Shown: positions 17,184 to 27,555, numbered from the stretch's first letter. The stretch: DNA of 54,250 bases from Elusimicrobiota bacterium (GCA_027319565.1 DAHVNA010000007.1:1-54250); one strand, 5' to 3'. Notes: a model not told the origin generated them from the letters alone. Translations and numbers: made by a program.

Positions 17184-18260
17184 CTACTGAAGAATAATCA
17201 CGCCTCCCGGTTCAAGAGACAAGGGAGGATTTTTCCTGTCCGATCCTTTTTGATCTTGAGCTTTCCCGCTTTTCCCGATGTAAAAGGGAAGAGAAAACCC
17301 TGTTTGAGCGATCCAAGCCTGCCCCTTATCCGGCCCTATGGCCTCGACTTCCCCGTTAAAAAACCAATTGGCCCAAGAGCGGTTGAGCTGCGCGCCAAAA
17401 ATGACGCTGCCGTTGCTAGCCGCCGGCCCGCTGGTCGCCGCGCCTTGAATGGGGCCCAAGTTTCCGCTCGAATCAATAGCGGTCAAACCCGCGTTGACAA
17501 GCCCCGTCACATAGTTGTATCCCACTCCCACAAAAGGAATCCACGCTCCGAATTTTTGGCTGACGATCGCGTTGAGGCCAAAACTATTGACGTTCCAGCC
17601 TAGATTTCCCGATACGTTTTCATTGACGGAAGCGCTTTGGGACCCTCCAGTGGGAAGATTTCCGGAAAACGAAGTTCCATATCCGAAATGTCCGAAAACG
17701 TGATTAAAATTGGCCGCAAAGGTTAAAAGGGGGTCTCCGTCTTGCCCAAAACAATGTTTGCGCAAGGTGGCTCCAATTGAATTAGACTGCCCGTCTCCCG
17801 TCAGAGAATTGGAAAGCCGGTAAGAGGACGGAGTGGTCATATCGGCAAAGCGAAAAGCGAAATCGGATCTCCAGGGCAGTCCGGCTCTTAAGTGCATGGT
17901 CAGGTTGGGAAACAAAACCGAATTGGGAAAGAAATTTTCAATGCCCACGGCCTGAAGAGACTGATCTAATTGCGGAAACTGAGACTTATTAAAAGGCATG
18001 TTTCCGATACCCAAGGACAAATCGGTTTCAATTCTGCGGTCGGTCACTTCTCTGGGAGGGTCGAAGGTCTCTCCGGCGTTAAAGCCAAGGCCGTTGGCCA
18101 ATTGTCCGCTCATCCAACCCATCATATTGGTAAAATCCGTATCCAAATTTGGATTGGGGGAAGCAGATCCCGCTTGGACTAATTCTAAATTCATAAAACA
18201 AAACCCAAATAAAAAAACCGCCGCCCACGGGCGGCTTTTGACTATTTCTCGATTAAACAA
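17184..18260 (-). CDS. Putative outer-membrane beta-barrel protein
   Basis: Signal peptide; alternating aromatic/Gly beta-strands (WIPFVGVGYNY, AQTGFSLPF); 8-nt gap to the amylase gene. Confidence 0.65.
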   Translation of the reverse strand: MFNREIVKSRPWAAVFLFGFCFMNLELVQAGSASPNPNLDTDFTNMMGWMSGQLANGLGFNAGETFDPPREVTDRRIETDLSLGIGNMPFNKSQFPQLDQSLQAVGIENFFPNSVLFPNLTMHLRAGLPWRSDFAFRFADMTTPSSYRLSNSLTGDGQSNSIGATLRKHCFGQDGDPLLTFAANFNHVFGHFGYGTSFSGNLPTGGSQSASVNENVSGNLGWNVNSFGLNAIVSQKFGAWIPFVGVGYNYVTGLVNAGLTAIDSSGNLGPIQGAATSGPAASNGSVIFGAQLNRSWANWFFNGEVEAIGPDKGQAWIAQTGFSLPFYIGKSGKAQDQKGSDRKNPPLSLEPGGVIILQ

Positions 18261-18470
18261 GTTCTGCGCTTGACGACCCAGTGATAACTCTCTCGCAAAA
18301 TATCGGAACTTCCAATCGTCATTTGGCGATCAATAAAGATTATTGATTTTCGCCTATCCGAGTGAAACCCCTTAAGACGAGAGTGTTTTCGTTGGCTTTG
18401 ATTTCTATTGAGAGAATCCATTTTATTTTCCCCCTCAATCTAGATATAACATTAGAAGAGCGCAAAAAAA

Positions 18471-18509
18471 TGGGCCAAAGGTCCTAGAGGGTTTCCGGCA
18501 AAGGACCTA
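18471..18509 (-). promoter_or_regulatory. Tandem palindromic operator boxes
   Basis: TGGGCCAAAGGTCCTA + TCCGGCAAAGGACCTA; 22 nt upstream of TATATC (18443-18448). Confidence 0.72.
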
Positions 18510-18564
18510 CATTCAAAACCGGCGCCGACGAGAAGTTTCTCGGACTTAGAGTTCGCAACGAAGC

Positions 18565-21500
18565 CTAAGCCGCGACGGGGGCTTGGTTTGAAGACGGAGT
18601 ATTCGATGCAACCGGAGACTCCTGAGAAGCGGACTCTCTGGTTTTAAAGTCAACGCTGATCAGTTGGCTGATTCCAAACTCCTCCATCGTAACCCCGTAG
18701 ATAGCGCTGGCGGCTTCCATCGTTCGCTTGTTGTGGCTAGCGATTAGAAATTGCGTCCGCGCTTCAAATTCCTTAAGGAGCCCGACAAAGCGATCGACAT
18801 TGGCGTCGTCTAAAGCCGCGTCGGCTTCGTCAAGCATGCAGAAAGGCGACGGGCGAACCATAAAGAACGCAAAGAGAAGAGCGACCGAGGTCAAAGCCTT
18901 TTCTCCACCGGACAACAAAGACAAACTCTGCAGTTTTTTGCCCGGAGGCTGGGCCATGATTTCGATGCCCGTTTCCAAAATATTATCGGGATCGCTGAGA
19001 ACAAGATCGGCTTCCCCGCCTTCAAAGAGAACGCCGTAGAGTTTCTTAAAATGTTCCCGAATTTCGTTAAAGGTATTGCGGAAATTTTCCCGGGTGGAAT
19101 CATTAATCGTTTGAATCGCGCGCTTGAGATCTTCCCGCGCTTTGGAAATATCCTCAATCTGGGAATTGAGAAAAGATTGTTTCTGGGTCAATTCTTGATA
19201 TTCTTCGGGCGCCGCCATATTGACATGTCCGAGGCTATTGATGCGTTTCCTTAAAAATTCCAGGCGTTCGGGATTTACTTCCTCTTGCGATTCATATTTA
19301 GACTTTGCCTCGTCATATGTGATCTGCCATTGATCCCACAAACGGCTCTTTAAACCTTCCTGCGCGCTCTTAGAAGCGCTGGCCTCGATATCGAGCGCAT
19401 GAAGCTCTTCTTGAAGCGCGTCGGCGTTGCTTTTGATTACTTTGAGCGCTTCTTCTTTTTGATGAATGTCAAACTCCAGCTGCTGGAGTTTATCCATCGC
19501 CGCTTTTGATTCCGATTCCGAAGAAGCCAGGTCGCGATACAGAACATCCAGTTCCTGCCGTCCCTGGGCGATATTTAAAGCGCATTCCTCCTGTTTGGAT
19601 GATAAGGAAGTCATCGTCTCCACCGCTCGATTAATGGAGGCAAGATGAGATTGCTTCTCCTGTTCAAAACGCTCGCAAGAATTTTTGAGCTGAGAGGCTT
19701 GTCCTTCCAAGGCCTCAAGCCGGGCTTTGGCGGCGCCTTGCCGGGCTTTTTCTTCAACCAGCTTTTCTTTAAGAACAGAAAGAGCCTTAAAAGATTCTTC
19801 CTGGGACAAACGCGATTCTTCTTCTGCGGCCCGGAAGTTTTTAAGAGATTCTTCCATCTCCTTAATTTTCTCGGCGGCTTCCGCCCATTCCCTTAAGCCC
19901 TCAATGGCCTCGGATTCAACCACGAGACCATTTTTTTGACGAGCGGCCAAAACCGATTCTTTTTCCGACAGCTGCGCGGCCAAGGCCTCTCTGCGGCCCG
20001 AATTTTCCGTCATTTTTTGCGCCGCGGCGCGGGATTTACTTTCCCAGTCGACAATAGCGGCCGCCGCCGCTTCTTTTTGCGCGGCGGTTTCCGCTAAAGC
20101 TGTTTTGAGGGCATCGAGATTTTTCCGAAGACGATCTATATCCGCCAAGGACAATCCTTCCTGTTCGGAAAGAGCCGCGCCGCCGCAAACCCAATGATCG
20201 CCGAAAACCAAGGGCCCCAAGGCGTAGCTTTCCGCGAAGAGAAAATGCATCAAATTATCATAGCGCGAATTAAACTTAATTTTGGATAAAAGCGGCATCG
20301 ACTCTTCCGGATAGCTTCTTTCCGAAAAGTCAGAGGGAATGGAGCTGAGAACCAAAAACCGGCAGCGTCCGCGGCCCGAAGATTTTAGAAAATCAATCGC
20401 GTTTCGGGCGGAGCTGGAATCTTCGCAAACCACGGAATGAAGTTTTTCGCCCAAGATATCCTGAATTTGAATGCGCACGGAGTCTTCTACTTCAAAAAGA
20501 GATTGAAGCGTCCCGACAATTCCCGGAAGCCCGGAGCGGACAACCGTCTGAGCGCCGACCCAATAAGAATCTTGCTCTCCCCGCGCTTCTAGGGCTTTCA
20601 GTTGAGCCTGCACTTCGGCGATCTGGGAATGAAGACGCAGATTCTCCTGTTCCAAATTTTTTTCCTTAAGGCGCCAATTTTCCAATTCCTGGCGCGTGGT
20701 CGTAAGTTCCGCCTTTGATTCCTCTAAAACCTGTTCGCAGCGCTGAAACTCTAAACGCACGGCATTAAGCGCTTCAGCCAAAGAGGCGGCAACTTCCAGG
20801 TCCTTGCCGTATTCCCTCAGCGAGGATCGAATTCGCGCTTCGATTCGGGTTAAATCCGACTCGCCTTCCGAGACCTTGCGGGTTTCAATCAAAAGCCGTT
20901 CCGACGCCTCAAGGACTTTGCGGCCCTTCTCTTCCCAAGCCGCCTGGGCCTGGGAAACTTGGGCGGTCAATCCCTCCATTCTTTCGGTCTCGCCTTCCAC
21001 TTCTTGGCGGAAATTTTGGAGTTCTCCTTCCAGTCTTTCAAAATCAAGACGAGCCTTATCGAGATACTCGTCGATAGAGAGCATTTTTTCTTTAAGAGCG
21101 GCTTCTTCGGCTTGGAGAGACTTTACCCGCTCCGCGGCAGAACCGGCCTCTCGGTCCCAAGACTGAATCCGTTCTTCTAAGCGCGCCAATTGAGACTTAA
21201 TCTCGGAAGATTTCTTTCCCGCTTCCATCGCTTGAGCCTGGGCTTGAGCCTCTTCCAAGTTTAGAGCCGAGATTTCAGCTCCGGAAACGTCAATTTCAAC
21301 TTTCTTTTGGCCGAAGGCTTCTTCCAGCGGTTGCCGCTTTGAGCGTCCTTCTTCCAGAAGGGCTTCTAGACGCGAAATTTCTTTGAGTATTTGGGAGGCC
21401 TCGGCAGCGGAAAGCTCCTCTTTGTATTTTTGGAACAAATTCGCTTTTTTGGCGTCGGAGTCCAGTTTCTTGACTTGCTCATCCACCAAGGCCCGGGCGT

Positions 21501-22077
21501 CCATAACGCGGGCCATGTCCGCTTCGACATGCTCGAGCTTCTTAAGAGCTTCTTCTCTTCGCGCATTATATTTGGCGACGCCGGCCGCTTCTTCAAAGAA
21601 AGCCCGCCGTTCATCCGGCTTGGCCGAAATCATCGTCTCAACGCGGCCTTGATCGATAACGGCATACCCGCCGCTTCCCAGCCCGGTGTCTAAAAATAAA
21701 TCGCGAACGTCTTTGAGCCGGCATTGGCTCTTGTTTAGAAAGTAAAGAGACTCTCCCGATCTAAACAGCCGACGAGTGACGGTCACCTCGGAAAACGGAA
21801 TGGGCAGGCCCTGAGAAGAATTATCGAAAGTCAAAGTCACTTCGCAAAAAGACAAAGCGGGCTTTCGCGCCGTTCCCGCGAAGATGACATCCGTCATCGC
21901 TTCCGCGCGCAAGGATTTCCAGGAGCTTTCGCCCAAACACCAGCGAATAGACTCCATGATGTTGGATTTCCCGCAGCCGTTAGGGCCGACGATACCGTTA
22001 ATGCCTTGTTGGAGATCTAAATGGGTCTTCTGCGCGAAAGATTTATATCCGAAGATGTCTACCGCTTTTAAATGCAT
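18565..22077 (-). CDS. smc: Chromosome segregation protein SMC
   Basis: GPNGCGKSN Walker A, coiled coils, hinge GRCRF, LSGGEK, LDEADAALD. Confidence 0.98.
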   Translation of the reverse strand: MHLKAVDIFGYKSFAQKTHLDLQQGINGIVGPNGCGKSNIMESIRWCLGESSWKSLRAEAMTDVIFAGTARKPALSFCEVTLTFDNSSQGLPIPFSEVTVTRRLFRSGESLYFLNKSQCRLKDVRDLFLDTGLGSGGYAVIDQGRVETMISAKPDERRAFFEEAAGVAKYNARREEALKKLEHVEADMARVMDARALVDEQVKKLDSDAKKANLFQKYKEELSAAEASQILKEISRLEALLEEGRSKRQPLEEAFGQKKVEIDVSGAEISALNLEEAQAQAQAMEAGKKSSEIKSQLARLEERIQSWDREAGSAAERVKSLQAEEAALKEKMLSIDEYLDKARLDFERLEGELQNFRQEVEGETERMEGLTAQVSQAQAAWEEKGRKVLEASERLLIETRKVSEGESDLTRIEARIRSSLREYGKDLEVAASLAEALNAVRLEFQRCEQVLEESKAELTTTRQELENWRLKEKNLEQENLRLHSQIAEVQAQLKALEARGEQDSYWVGAQTVVRSGLPGIVGTLQSLFEVEDSVRIQIQDILGEKLHSVVCEDSSSARNAIDFLKSSGRGRCRFLVLSSIPSDFSERSYPEESMPLLSKIKFNSRYDNLMHFLFAESYALGPLVFGDHWVCGGAALSEQEGLSLADIDRLRKNLDALKTALAETAAQKEAAAAAIVDWESKSRAAAQKMTENSGRREALAAQLSEKESVLAARQKNGLVVESEAIEGLREWAEAAEKIKEMEESLKNFRAAEEESRLSQEESFKALSVLKEKLVEEKARQGAAKARLEALEGQASQLKNSCERFEQEKQSHLASINRAVETMTSLSSKQEECALNIAQGRQELDVLYRDLASSESESKAAMDKLQQLEFDIHQKEEALKVIKSNADALQEELHALDIEASASKSAQEGLKSRLWDQWQITYDEAKSKYESQEEVNPERLEFLRKRINSLGHVNMAAPEEYQELTQKQSFLNSQIEDISKAREDLKRAIQTINDSTRENFRNTFNEIREHFKKLYGVLFEGGEADLVLSDPDNILETGIEIMAQPPGKKLQSLSLLSGGEKALTSVALLFAFFMVRPSPFCMLDEADAALDDANVDRFVGLLKEFEARTQFLIASHNKRTMEAASAIYGVTMEEFGISQLISVDFKTRESASQESPVASNTPSSNQAPVAA

Positions 22078-22154
22078 ATTCGTTGCCTCTGTTATCCCGC
22101 AATTCAGGTTCCGGAAAAGTATTTTAGCTTTTTTTCACTCGGAAACAAGGGCTC

Positions 22155-22183
22155 TTGACAGTTCCCCTCATTTGCGATACGAT
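22155..22183 (+). promoter_or_regulatory. sigma70 promoter for a leaderless transcript
   Basis: TTGACA-17 bp-TACGAT, 6 nt before ATG 22190. Confidence 0.8.
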
Positions 22184-22189
22184 TTTCGT

Positions 22190-23146
22190 ATGCTTATTCA
22201 TCTGCTCAAGGATGTCTGGTTCTATATCTCAGCCGGCGGTTTTCTCGCTAGCCTGGTCCTATTCATTTTCCTGTTAGGGCAATATCGCCTGGCCATCGAG
22301 TCCGAAGAAGAAAACAATCTTCCCGAGGAAGATGGCGCGGAAGCGGCGCAATCCCCCACTCCCGAGGACGTGGCCTCTCAATCGTTTGGGGCATACTCCG
22401 AGGCCGCGGAAAAACAAGAGGCCCCCCATCTAATTCCAAACGCCATTTTAGAATCTGCGGAATCGGAAAAAGAAGATTTGCCCCTTCCCGCGCCCGTTGA
22501 TGCCGTCATCGCCTCTACGCCTAAAGCGCAGGAAGAAGAAAAACCGACTCCCGAGCCCCAAGAATCCGCCGCTGAAGCTAAAGAGGATTCCCGTCATTTT
22601 GAGGAAATTAAAATGCTCGGCGAAGGGATCACTAAGCTTACGGAACAGCTCAATTCCCTTGAAAAAGTTTTCATCTCCGAGTCTCGAAACAATCTCAAGG
22701 CGCTTGAAAAAATATCCGCAATTCTCAAAGACCAAACCGAAAAATTATCCCAAATCAATGTCTCTGCTCCAGCGGCACAACCCGCGACTCCCGCAAAAGA
22801 AAATCTACCTAGCGATGAAGCATCCGGAGAGACTTCCTCCACAAACAAAAAAATAAAACTGAGGATTCCCAAGGAAGACGCGACTATCGTTCTCAAGCCG
22901 GAAAATGATTCCAAAACTGAAAAGCTGGAACCGGCTTCGGCCCAACAGTTGGAACTTTCCATCAAAGAAACCCCGAAAGAAGACTCTTCAAAAACTGGAG
23001 AGGCTTCGCCGGAAACTAAGGTCGAAGCAGCGAATCAACCAACGGAAAAAAACAAATCTCCCCTAAAAATAAAAGACCCCAAGGATTTGGACAAGGTTCA
23101 AGGGGAAACGCTTTCGACTCGGAAGGGCCCCGTCTGGCCCATTTAA
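22190..23146 (+). CDS. Membrane-anchored acidic/low-complexity hypothetical protein
   Basis: N-terminal TM, E/P/A-rich, central coiled coil, ends RKGPVWPI. Confidence 0.7.
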   Translation: MLIHLLKDVWFYISAGGFLASLVLFIFLLGQYRLAIESEEENNLPEEDGAEAAQSPTPEDVASQSFGAYSEAAEKQEAPHLIPNAILESAESEKEDLPLPAPVDAVIASTPKAQEEEKPTPEPQESAAEAKEDSRHFEEIKMLGEGITKLTEQLNSLEKVFISESRNNLKALEKISAILKDQTEKLSQINVSAPAAQPATPAKENLPSDEASGETSSTNKKIKLRIPKEDATIVLKPENDSKTEKLEPASAQQLELSIKETPKEDSSKTGEASPETKVEAANQPTEKNKSPLKIKDPKDLDKVQGETLSTRKGPVWPI

Positions 23147-24102
23147 TTATTCTACCGCTGATTCTGCTGATCTCCGCATTGTCTTCCGGAGCCAAGGCCG
23201 CCTTTTTTTTACCCTCCAACCCTTTCTCCAGCGGCAGCATTGGAACCACCGGAGCAGAATTTCTTCAAATCCCCACGGGGGCCCGGGTTCCCGCCATGGG
23301 AGGCGTTGCCGCCGCCTCCGTCGAAGGCGCTGACGCCTTGTTTTGGAATCCCGCGGGGCTGGCCCGGCTTCAGCCCGAGGACCCATCGGAAATTGACATG
23401 GGTTATGACAGCCTTCTTCAAACCACTTACGAAGGCTCCGCCTCTTACGCGCTTCCGCTCTCAAATGGCGGGGTGTTGGGAGCCGGACTCCTTTATTTCT
23501 CGCAAGCTCCTCAAACCGCTTACGACAACACTGGGAACTCCGTTGGCAACTTCACTCCATATGATATGGCGATGAATATCTCCTACGCCCAGCATTGGAA
23601 ATCTCTCTTAATCGGCGGCGGCCTTAACATCATTCGCTCTCAAATCGATAACGCCCAAGCCGCCACGGCCGCTTTAAACCTCGGGGTTCAAGCCCTTCAT
23701 ATCACCGATGTGGGAAACCGCCCGGTGGATTTGGGGGCATCCATCACCAATCTCGGCCCCCCAATACAGGTCGGCAACGTCGCCTCTCCTCTTCCCACGG
23801 AAATCAGGGGAGGGTTTATCTGGCATTTATCCGATATTCTCAACGCCGGAATGGATGTCGTCGCCGATTCAAACCAAGCCCCCTATTTAAGCGTGGGACT
23901 GGAAAGCGTCTTTAAAAGCGATGATATCAGCGGCGCCTTGCGCCTTGGATATAATCAAAGTTACGCCCGCGGAATTAACGGACTCAGCGGAATCGCCGGC
24001 GGCGGCGGGCTTGATATTGGAAAATTCCGAATCGACTACGCCTGGGTGCCTTTTGGGCTCTTAGGAGTGACCAATCGCCTGGACATCACGCTGAGATTCT
24101 AA
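23134..24102 (+). CDS. PorV/PorQ family outer-membrane protein
   Basis: GAEFLQIPTGARVPAMGG..ALFWNPAGLA; C-terminal DYAWVPFG..LRF; start inferred at CTG 23134 to restore the signal peptide. Confidence 0.88.
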   Translation: MAHLIILPLILLISALSSGAKAAFFLPSNPFSSGSIGTTGAEFLQIPTGARVPAMGGVAAASVEGADALFWNPAGLARLQPEDPSEIDMGYDSLLQTTYEGSASYALPLSNGGVLGAGLLYFSQAPQTAYDNTGNSVGNFTPYDMAMNISYAQHWKSLLIGGGLNIIRSQIDNAQAATAALNLGVQALHITDVGNRPVDLGASITNLGPPIQVGNVASPLPTEIRGGFIWHLSDILNAGMDVVADSNQAPYLSVGLESVFKSDDISGALRLGYNQSYARGINGLSGIAGGGGLDIGKFRIDYAWVPFGLLGVTNRLDITLRF

Positions 24103-24108
24103 AAGAGC

Positions 24109-24909
24109 TTAGGCGATTTCTTCTTGTGGGCCCTGAATTTTTTTGATCGCAAGAGCGATATAAACCGAGGTCACCGCCAGCGAAATGGGCGCGGCCCCAG
24201 GCAAGGGACCAGGCATGAACAAAAATATCGCGCGAATAATGACCATCAAGGTCTGGGCGTAGGCGGCGACGTTAAACAGAGAATTATAAGGAAGCCGCGC
24301 ATCCAACAGGGAATTAATCGCCATCGCAATGAGGGAATAGAACAGAGACGCCAGGGTCTTCCAAACCATAAACAGGCCAAAAACCAAAACCAGCACGAAC
24401 GGATAAAGGATTTTATCGAGAAAATGGCGAGCTGACTCGTAAAAATCGGCATTAATAACCAAGGGTTTGCTGAGTTTTTGAGAGCTAAAGTCAAATACTC
24501 TCAACTCGCCCGGACGGCGCATCACATAAAGGGCGTTGGAGGCGACATAAGCCATGACCTTTTGGCTTTCCAGCATTTGAGGAGTCACCGGATCGACGCG
24601 CGCGGTATCGATGGTCAACGCCACCTCGGGGTCGTCGGGATGCCGAATAGTGAGAGGGGCGGTCAAATTAGACGTCATTTTTCCATTCGACAAGGTCAGA
24701 ACCGGCATGGACTTTTCAAGCCAGAAAAAGGTCTTGTCAATTTCAGGGCCGACAAAAAGCTTAAAAGCCACCGTGGAAATCAAAGCGAAGGCAAAGGCGA
24801 TATAGCATAAATATCCAATCGTCCGGCCCCAAAATTGCTGCGCAACTTTTTTATAAAACTCAATGGAGGTGACTGCGTTTACAGGGTCTAGTATCATCAT
24901 CAGAGACAT
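24109..24909 (-). CDS. DUF1189-like membrane protein
   Basis: N-terminal TM, soluble loop, 3 C-terminal TMs, AAYAQT. Confidence 0.65.
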   Translation of the reverse strand: MSLMMILDPVNAVTSIEFYKKVAQQFWGRTIGYLCYIAFAFALISTVAFKLFVGPEIDKTFFWLEKSMPVLTLSNGKMTSNLTAPLTIRHPDDPEVALTIDTARVDPVTPQMLESQKVMAYVASNALYVMRRPGELRVFDFSSQKLSKPLVINADFYESARHFLDKILYPFVLVLVFGLFMVWKTLASLFYSLIAMAINSLLDARLPYNSLFNVAAYAQTLMVIIRAIFLFMPGPLPGAAPISLAVTSVYIALAIKKIQGPQEEIA

Positions 24910-24932
24910 TATGCCATGACTTAAGCCTTAAA

Positions 24933-25355
24933 TCAAGCGGCTTTAAAGGAAAAACGATTATGAACGACGTAGCTGAGTATCACCGTAATGGGGAGTAAAA
25001 CCGTTTGCGCCAAGACCGGACCGAGAGAAGTTTTGTGAACCAAAAAAGGCAAGGCAAAAAAATTAAAAACAAAAATGGCCCAATAAACTCCGGAAAAACG
25101 AAAATACTCCCGGAGATATCCTCCCTTGGTTTTAAAGACAAAATGTTTATATCCCAAATAGGCGTTGGCTATTCCCAAAAACTGGCTGATCAAAAGCGCG
25201 AACAAATAATGCCGTCTCATCCAGTCTCCGGAATGGTAAAGGAAAACAAAACAGAAATATCCAAACAAAGTATTCCACGCGCCCACGAATAAATAGCGGA
25301 TTTTTTTCTCATGCCGAAGCGCGAAATTTTTCGCCTTTGCGATTTTCTTTTTCAC
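24933..25355 (-). CDS. GtrA family membrane protein
   Basis: RYLFVGAWNT, KHFVFK, EYFRF. Confidence 0.88.
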   Translation of the reverse strand: MKKKIAKAKNFALRHEKKIRYLFVGAWNTLFGYFCFVFLYHSGDWMRRHYLFALLISQFLGIANAYLGYKHFVFKTKGGYLREYFRFSGVYWAIFVFNFFALPFLVHKTSLGPVLAQTVLLPITVILSYVVHNRFSFKAA

Positions 25356-26677
25356 TGTTTCTTTAAAGGCAAGTTTTGTTTAAGGGATGGAATAGCGGTG
25401 GGATCTTTTCCCGACAGGGCTTCTTCTTTCATATGCTCTGCCAATAAATTCCAGCTAACGAAATGCCCTCCAGCGGTCGGGCCGCCGGTCTCGGGATTGT
25501 AATTTTCATTCATCCCTCCGCTATTTTTGAAATCCCTGATTAGAAATGTCTCCGTTTTCTGAGCCAATTCCAAGGCTTGAGACTTGTATCCGTAATTCAA
25601 AAGCCCATGCATCATTAAATAATTTGAAAGGACCCAGACCGGCCCGCGCCAATAACCCGCCCGCGGATCGTAGATAATTTCCGTCTTAGCCAGGCTCCGA
25701 ATGCCGTTAGGCGACCAAAATTCGGCGGGATTGAGAAGATGATTGCGAATCATTTTCCGCGCTTGTCCGGGAGTGGCGATCTTAGTCCACAGCGGAATGA
25801 AATTGGTCCAGGTTTTGATCTTAATAAACTTGCCGCTTCGGGAATCAATATTCCAATAGGTCCCATCTGCCTCGGACCACATTTTCTTGCGAATTAATTT
25901 TTTTAACGCCGCGGCCTTAGACAGATACTGGGAAACGTCATCTGGACGCCCAAGTTTATCGGCCAAAAATGCCAGCGCCAAATATTCCCGGTAAATATAA
26001 CACTGTAAATCCACGCCCTCGGTAATTTGGCTGGGAGAATTGGAAACCGCGGGATTATTGTCAATGCCGCTTTCAACCCCGTTATACCAAACAAAAAGCC
26101 CATCGGGTGCCCGGCGATTATTTTCCCAAAAAGAAACCATGTCTTTAAGCTTGTGGTAATAGGAACGCCTCGGAGCGGCATCCGGACGCTCAAAGATCTG
26201 GAGTTTCCGGTAATGAACATCCTTGGAAGGCGGGATATCGGAATCTTTGAGCCAGTTAAAATCTCCCGATTCCAAAGAGGCAAGAACGGCGGCCTGGGCC
26301 ATGAAGGGTTTGCACATTTCAGGAAGAGCCCACAACGCCTCCGGAGCGATTTCTCTCGGGGCATAACCGGTCCAATTGGCGAATTCGTCGACGAAATATA
26401 AAAAGTCCTTAATCGAGCCGATCACCGGCCGAGACACATGATCGTAGCTGAGCGCCGCCGCCATGAAATACATATCCCAGTCAAAAAGCTGGAAATAAGG
26501 ACCATCGGGAACGATGTATTGGTGTTTTAAAATTCCGCGCGGACCCTTGACGATTTCCTTTTTGACTTGATACTGATCAAAGAAGGATTTTAAACTTTGC
26601 GAATTCTGTGCCGCACGCAAAGATGGCGAAAACCCAAGGACAAGGCAAAGAATTATTTTTTCCACTTGATCGTACAC
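25352..26677 (-). CDS. Secreted (alpha/alpha)6 glycoside hydrolase, GH63/MGH1-trehalase-like
   Basis: LFDWD, ESGIDNNP, YWRGPVW, ENYNPETG, FVSWN. Confidence 0.85.
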   Translation of the reverse strand: MYDQVEKIILCLVLGFSPSLRAAQNSQSLKSFFDQYQVKKEIVKGPRGILKHQYIVPDGPYFQLFDWDMYFMAAALSYDHVSRPVIGSIKDFLYFVDEFANWTGYAPREIAPEALWALPEMCKPFMAQAAVLASLESGDFNWLKDSDIPPSKDVHYRKLQIFERPDAAPRRSYYHKLKDMVSFWENNRRAPDGLFVWYNGVESGIDNNPAVSNSPSQITEGVDLQCYIYREYLALAFLADKLGRPDDVSQYLSKAAALKKLIRKKMWSEADGTYWNIDSRSGKFIKIKTWTNFIPLWTKIATPGQARKMIRNHLLNPAEFWSPNGIRSLAKTEIIYDPRAGYWRGPVWVLSNYLMMHGLLNYGYKSQALELAQKTETFLIRDFKNSGGMNENYNPETGGPTAGGHFVSWNLLAEHMKEEALSGKDPTAIPSLKQNLPLKKQ

Positions 26678-27180
26678 CCAATAGCATGAGTTTCCGGTAA
26701 GCGAACGAGCTTTCCCTCTAGCAAATCCTCAAGAGCGTCCCGAAGATAGCGTTTTTGAACCCGCGCGGGATTTTCCCAATTGTCGTCGATTTTACCGGTG
26801 TAGGCCAAACTCTTTTGAGAGTCGAAAACAAAAAGATGCGGAGTATGCGTCGCGGCATAAGCGCGGGCAGTTTTCTGTGTCTCATCATGTAAATAAGGAA
26901 AATTAAATCCCTTCATTTTTGAGCGCTGGATCATCTCTTCCAAAGAATCATCCGGATAGGAGACGGAATCATTGGAGTTAATCGCGACAAGGTTCACTTT
27001 ACGATTTCGATAATCCCGCGCGATTTCAATTATCCTGTCTTCATAAGCCTGAACATAAGGGCAATGGTTGCAAGAAAAAATAACGACCAGGGCCTTGGCC
27101 TCGGCAAAAGAGGCTAAGGAATAAACCTTTCCATCCACTCCTTTGAGCGAAAAATCAATCGCTTTTTCTCCTAACTTCAT
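26653..27180 (-). CDS. Thioredoxin/AhpC-TSA family protein
   Basis: CNHCPYV, AINSND, GCTIKW. Confidence 0.92.
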   Translation of the reverse strand: MKLGEKAIDFSLKGVDGKVYSLASFAEAKALVVIFSCNHCPYVQAYEDRIIEIARDYRNRKVNLVAINSNDSVSYPDDSLEEMIQRSKMKGFNFPYLHDETQKTARAYAATHTPHLFVFDSQKSLAYTGKIDDNWENPARVQKRYLRDALEDLLEGKLVRLPETHAIGCTIKWKK

Positions 27181-27189
27181 TGGACCCTC

Positions 27190-27555
27190 CTATGTAGCCG
27201 GCGTAATATCTTGAAAGGTAATCGCGACTCCCATTAAGCGAGACTGCGAATCTTTCAAAACCATCGTTCCATAGCCGATCAATCGGCGGCGATTACCATG
27301 AAGCCAGCTTATCTCATGGCGTTTGATGGGACTGCGGGTCGCCAAGGTGTCTAACAAGATTTTGGCGAAATCCGGAGCGCCCATAAGCGCCTGCTCGACC
27401 GGCAAATCTAAATTGAGCCCATCCGGCAAATCTAAAATACGGCGAGCCGCGGGATTTAAAATCATGATTTTTCCTTCCACGTCAATGGCGATAAAGCCCC
27501 CCGTTAAATTTTCGAGAATCGCCGACAAAAGCCTGGACTCAGGACTTTCTTGCAT
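27190..27555 (-). CDS. Stand-alone PAS domain protein
   Basis: ILENLTGGFIAIDVEGKI..NPAARRIL...ITFQDIT; likely start MQESPES. Confidence 0.8.
   Translation of the reverse strand: MQESPESRLLSAILENLTGGFIAIDVEGKIMILNPAARRILDLPDGLNLDLPVEQALMGAPDFAKILLDTLATRSPIKRHEISWLHGNRRRLIGYGTMVLKDSQSRLMGVAITFQDITPAT

Noticed and set aside
21884..22189. Extended N-terminus of the 420-aa ORF
   Set aside because: Antisense to smc; a canonical promoter points to ATG 22190
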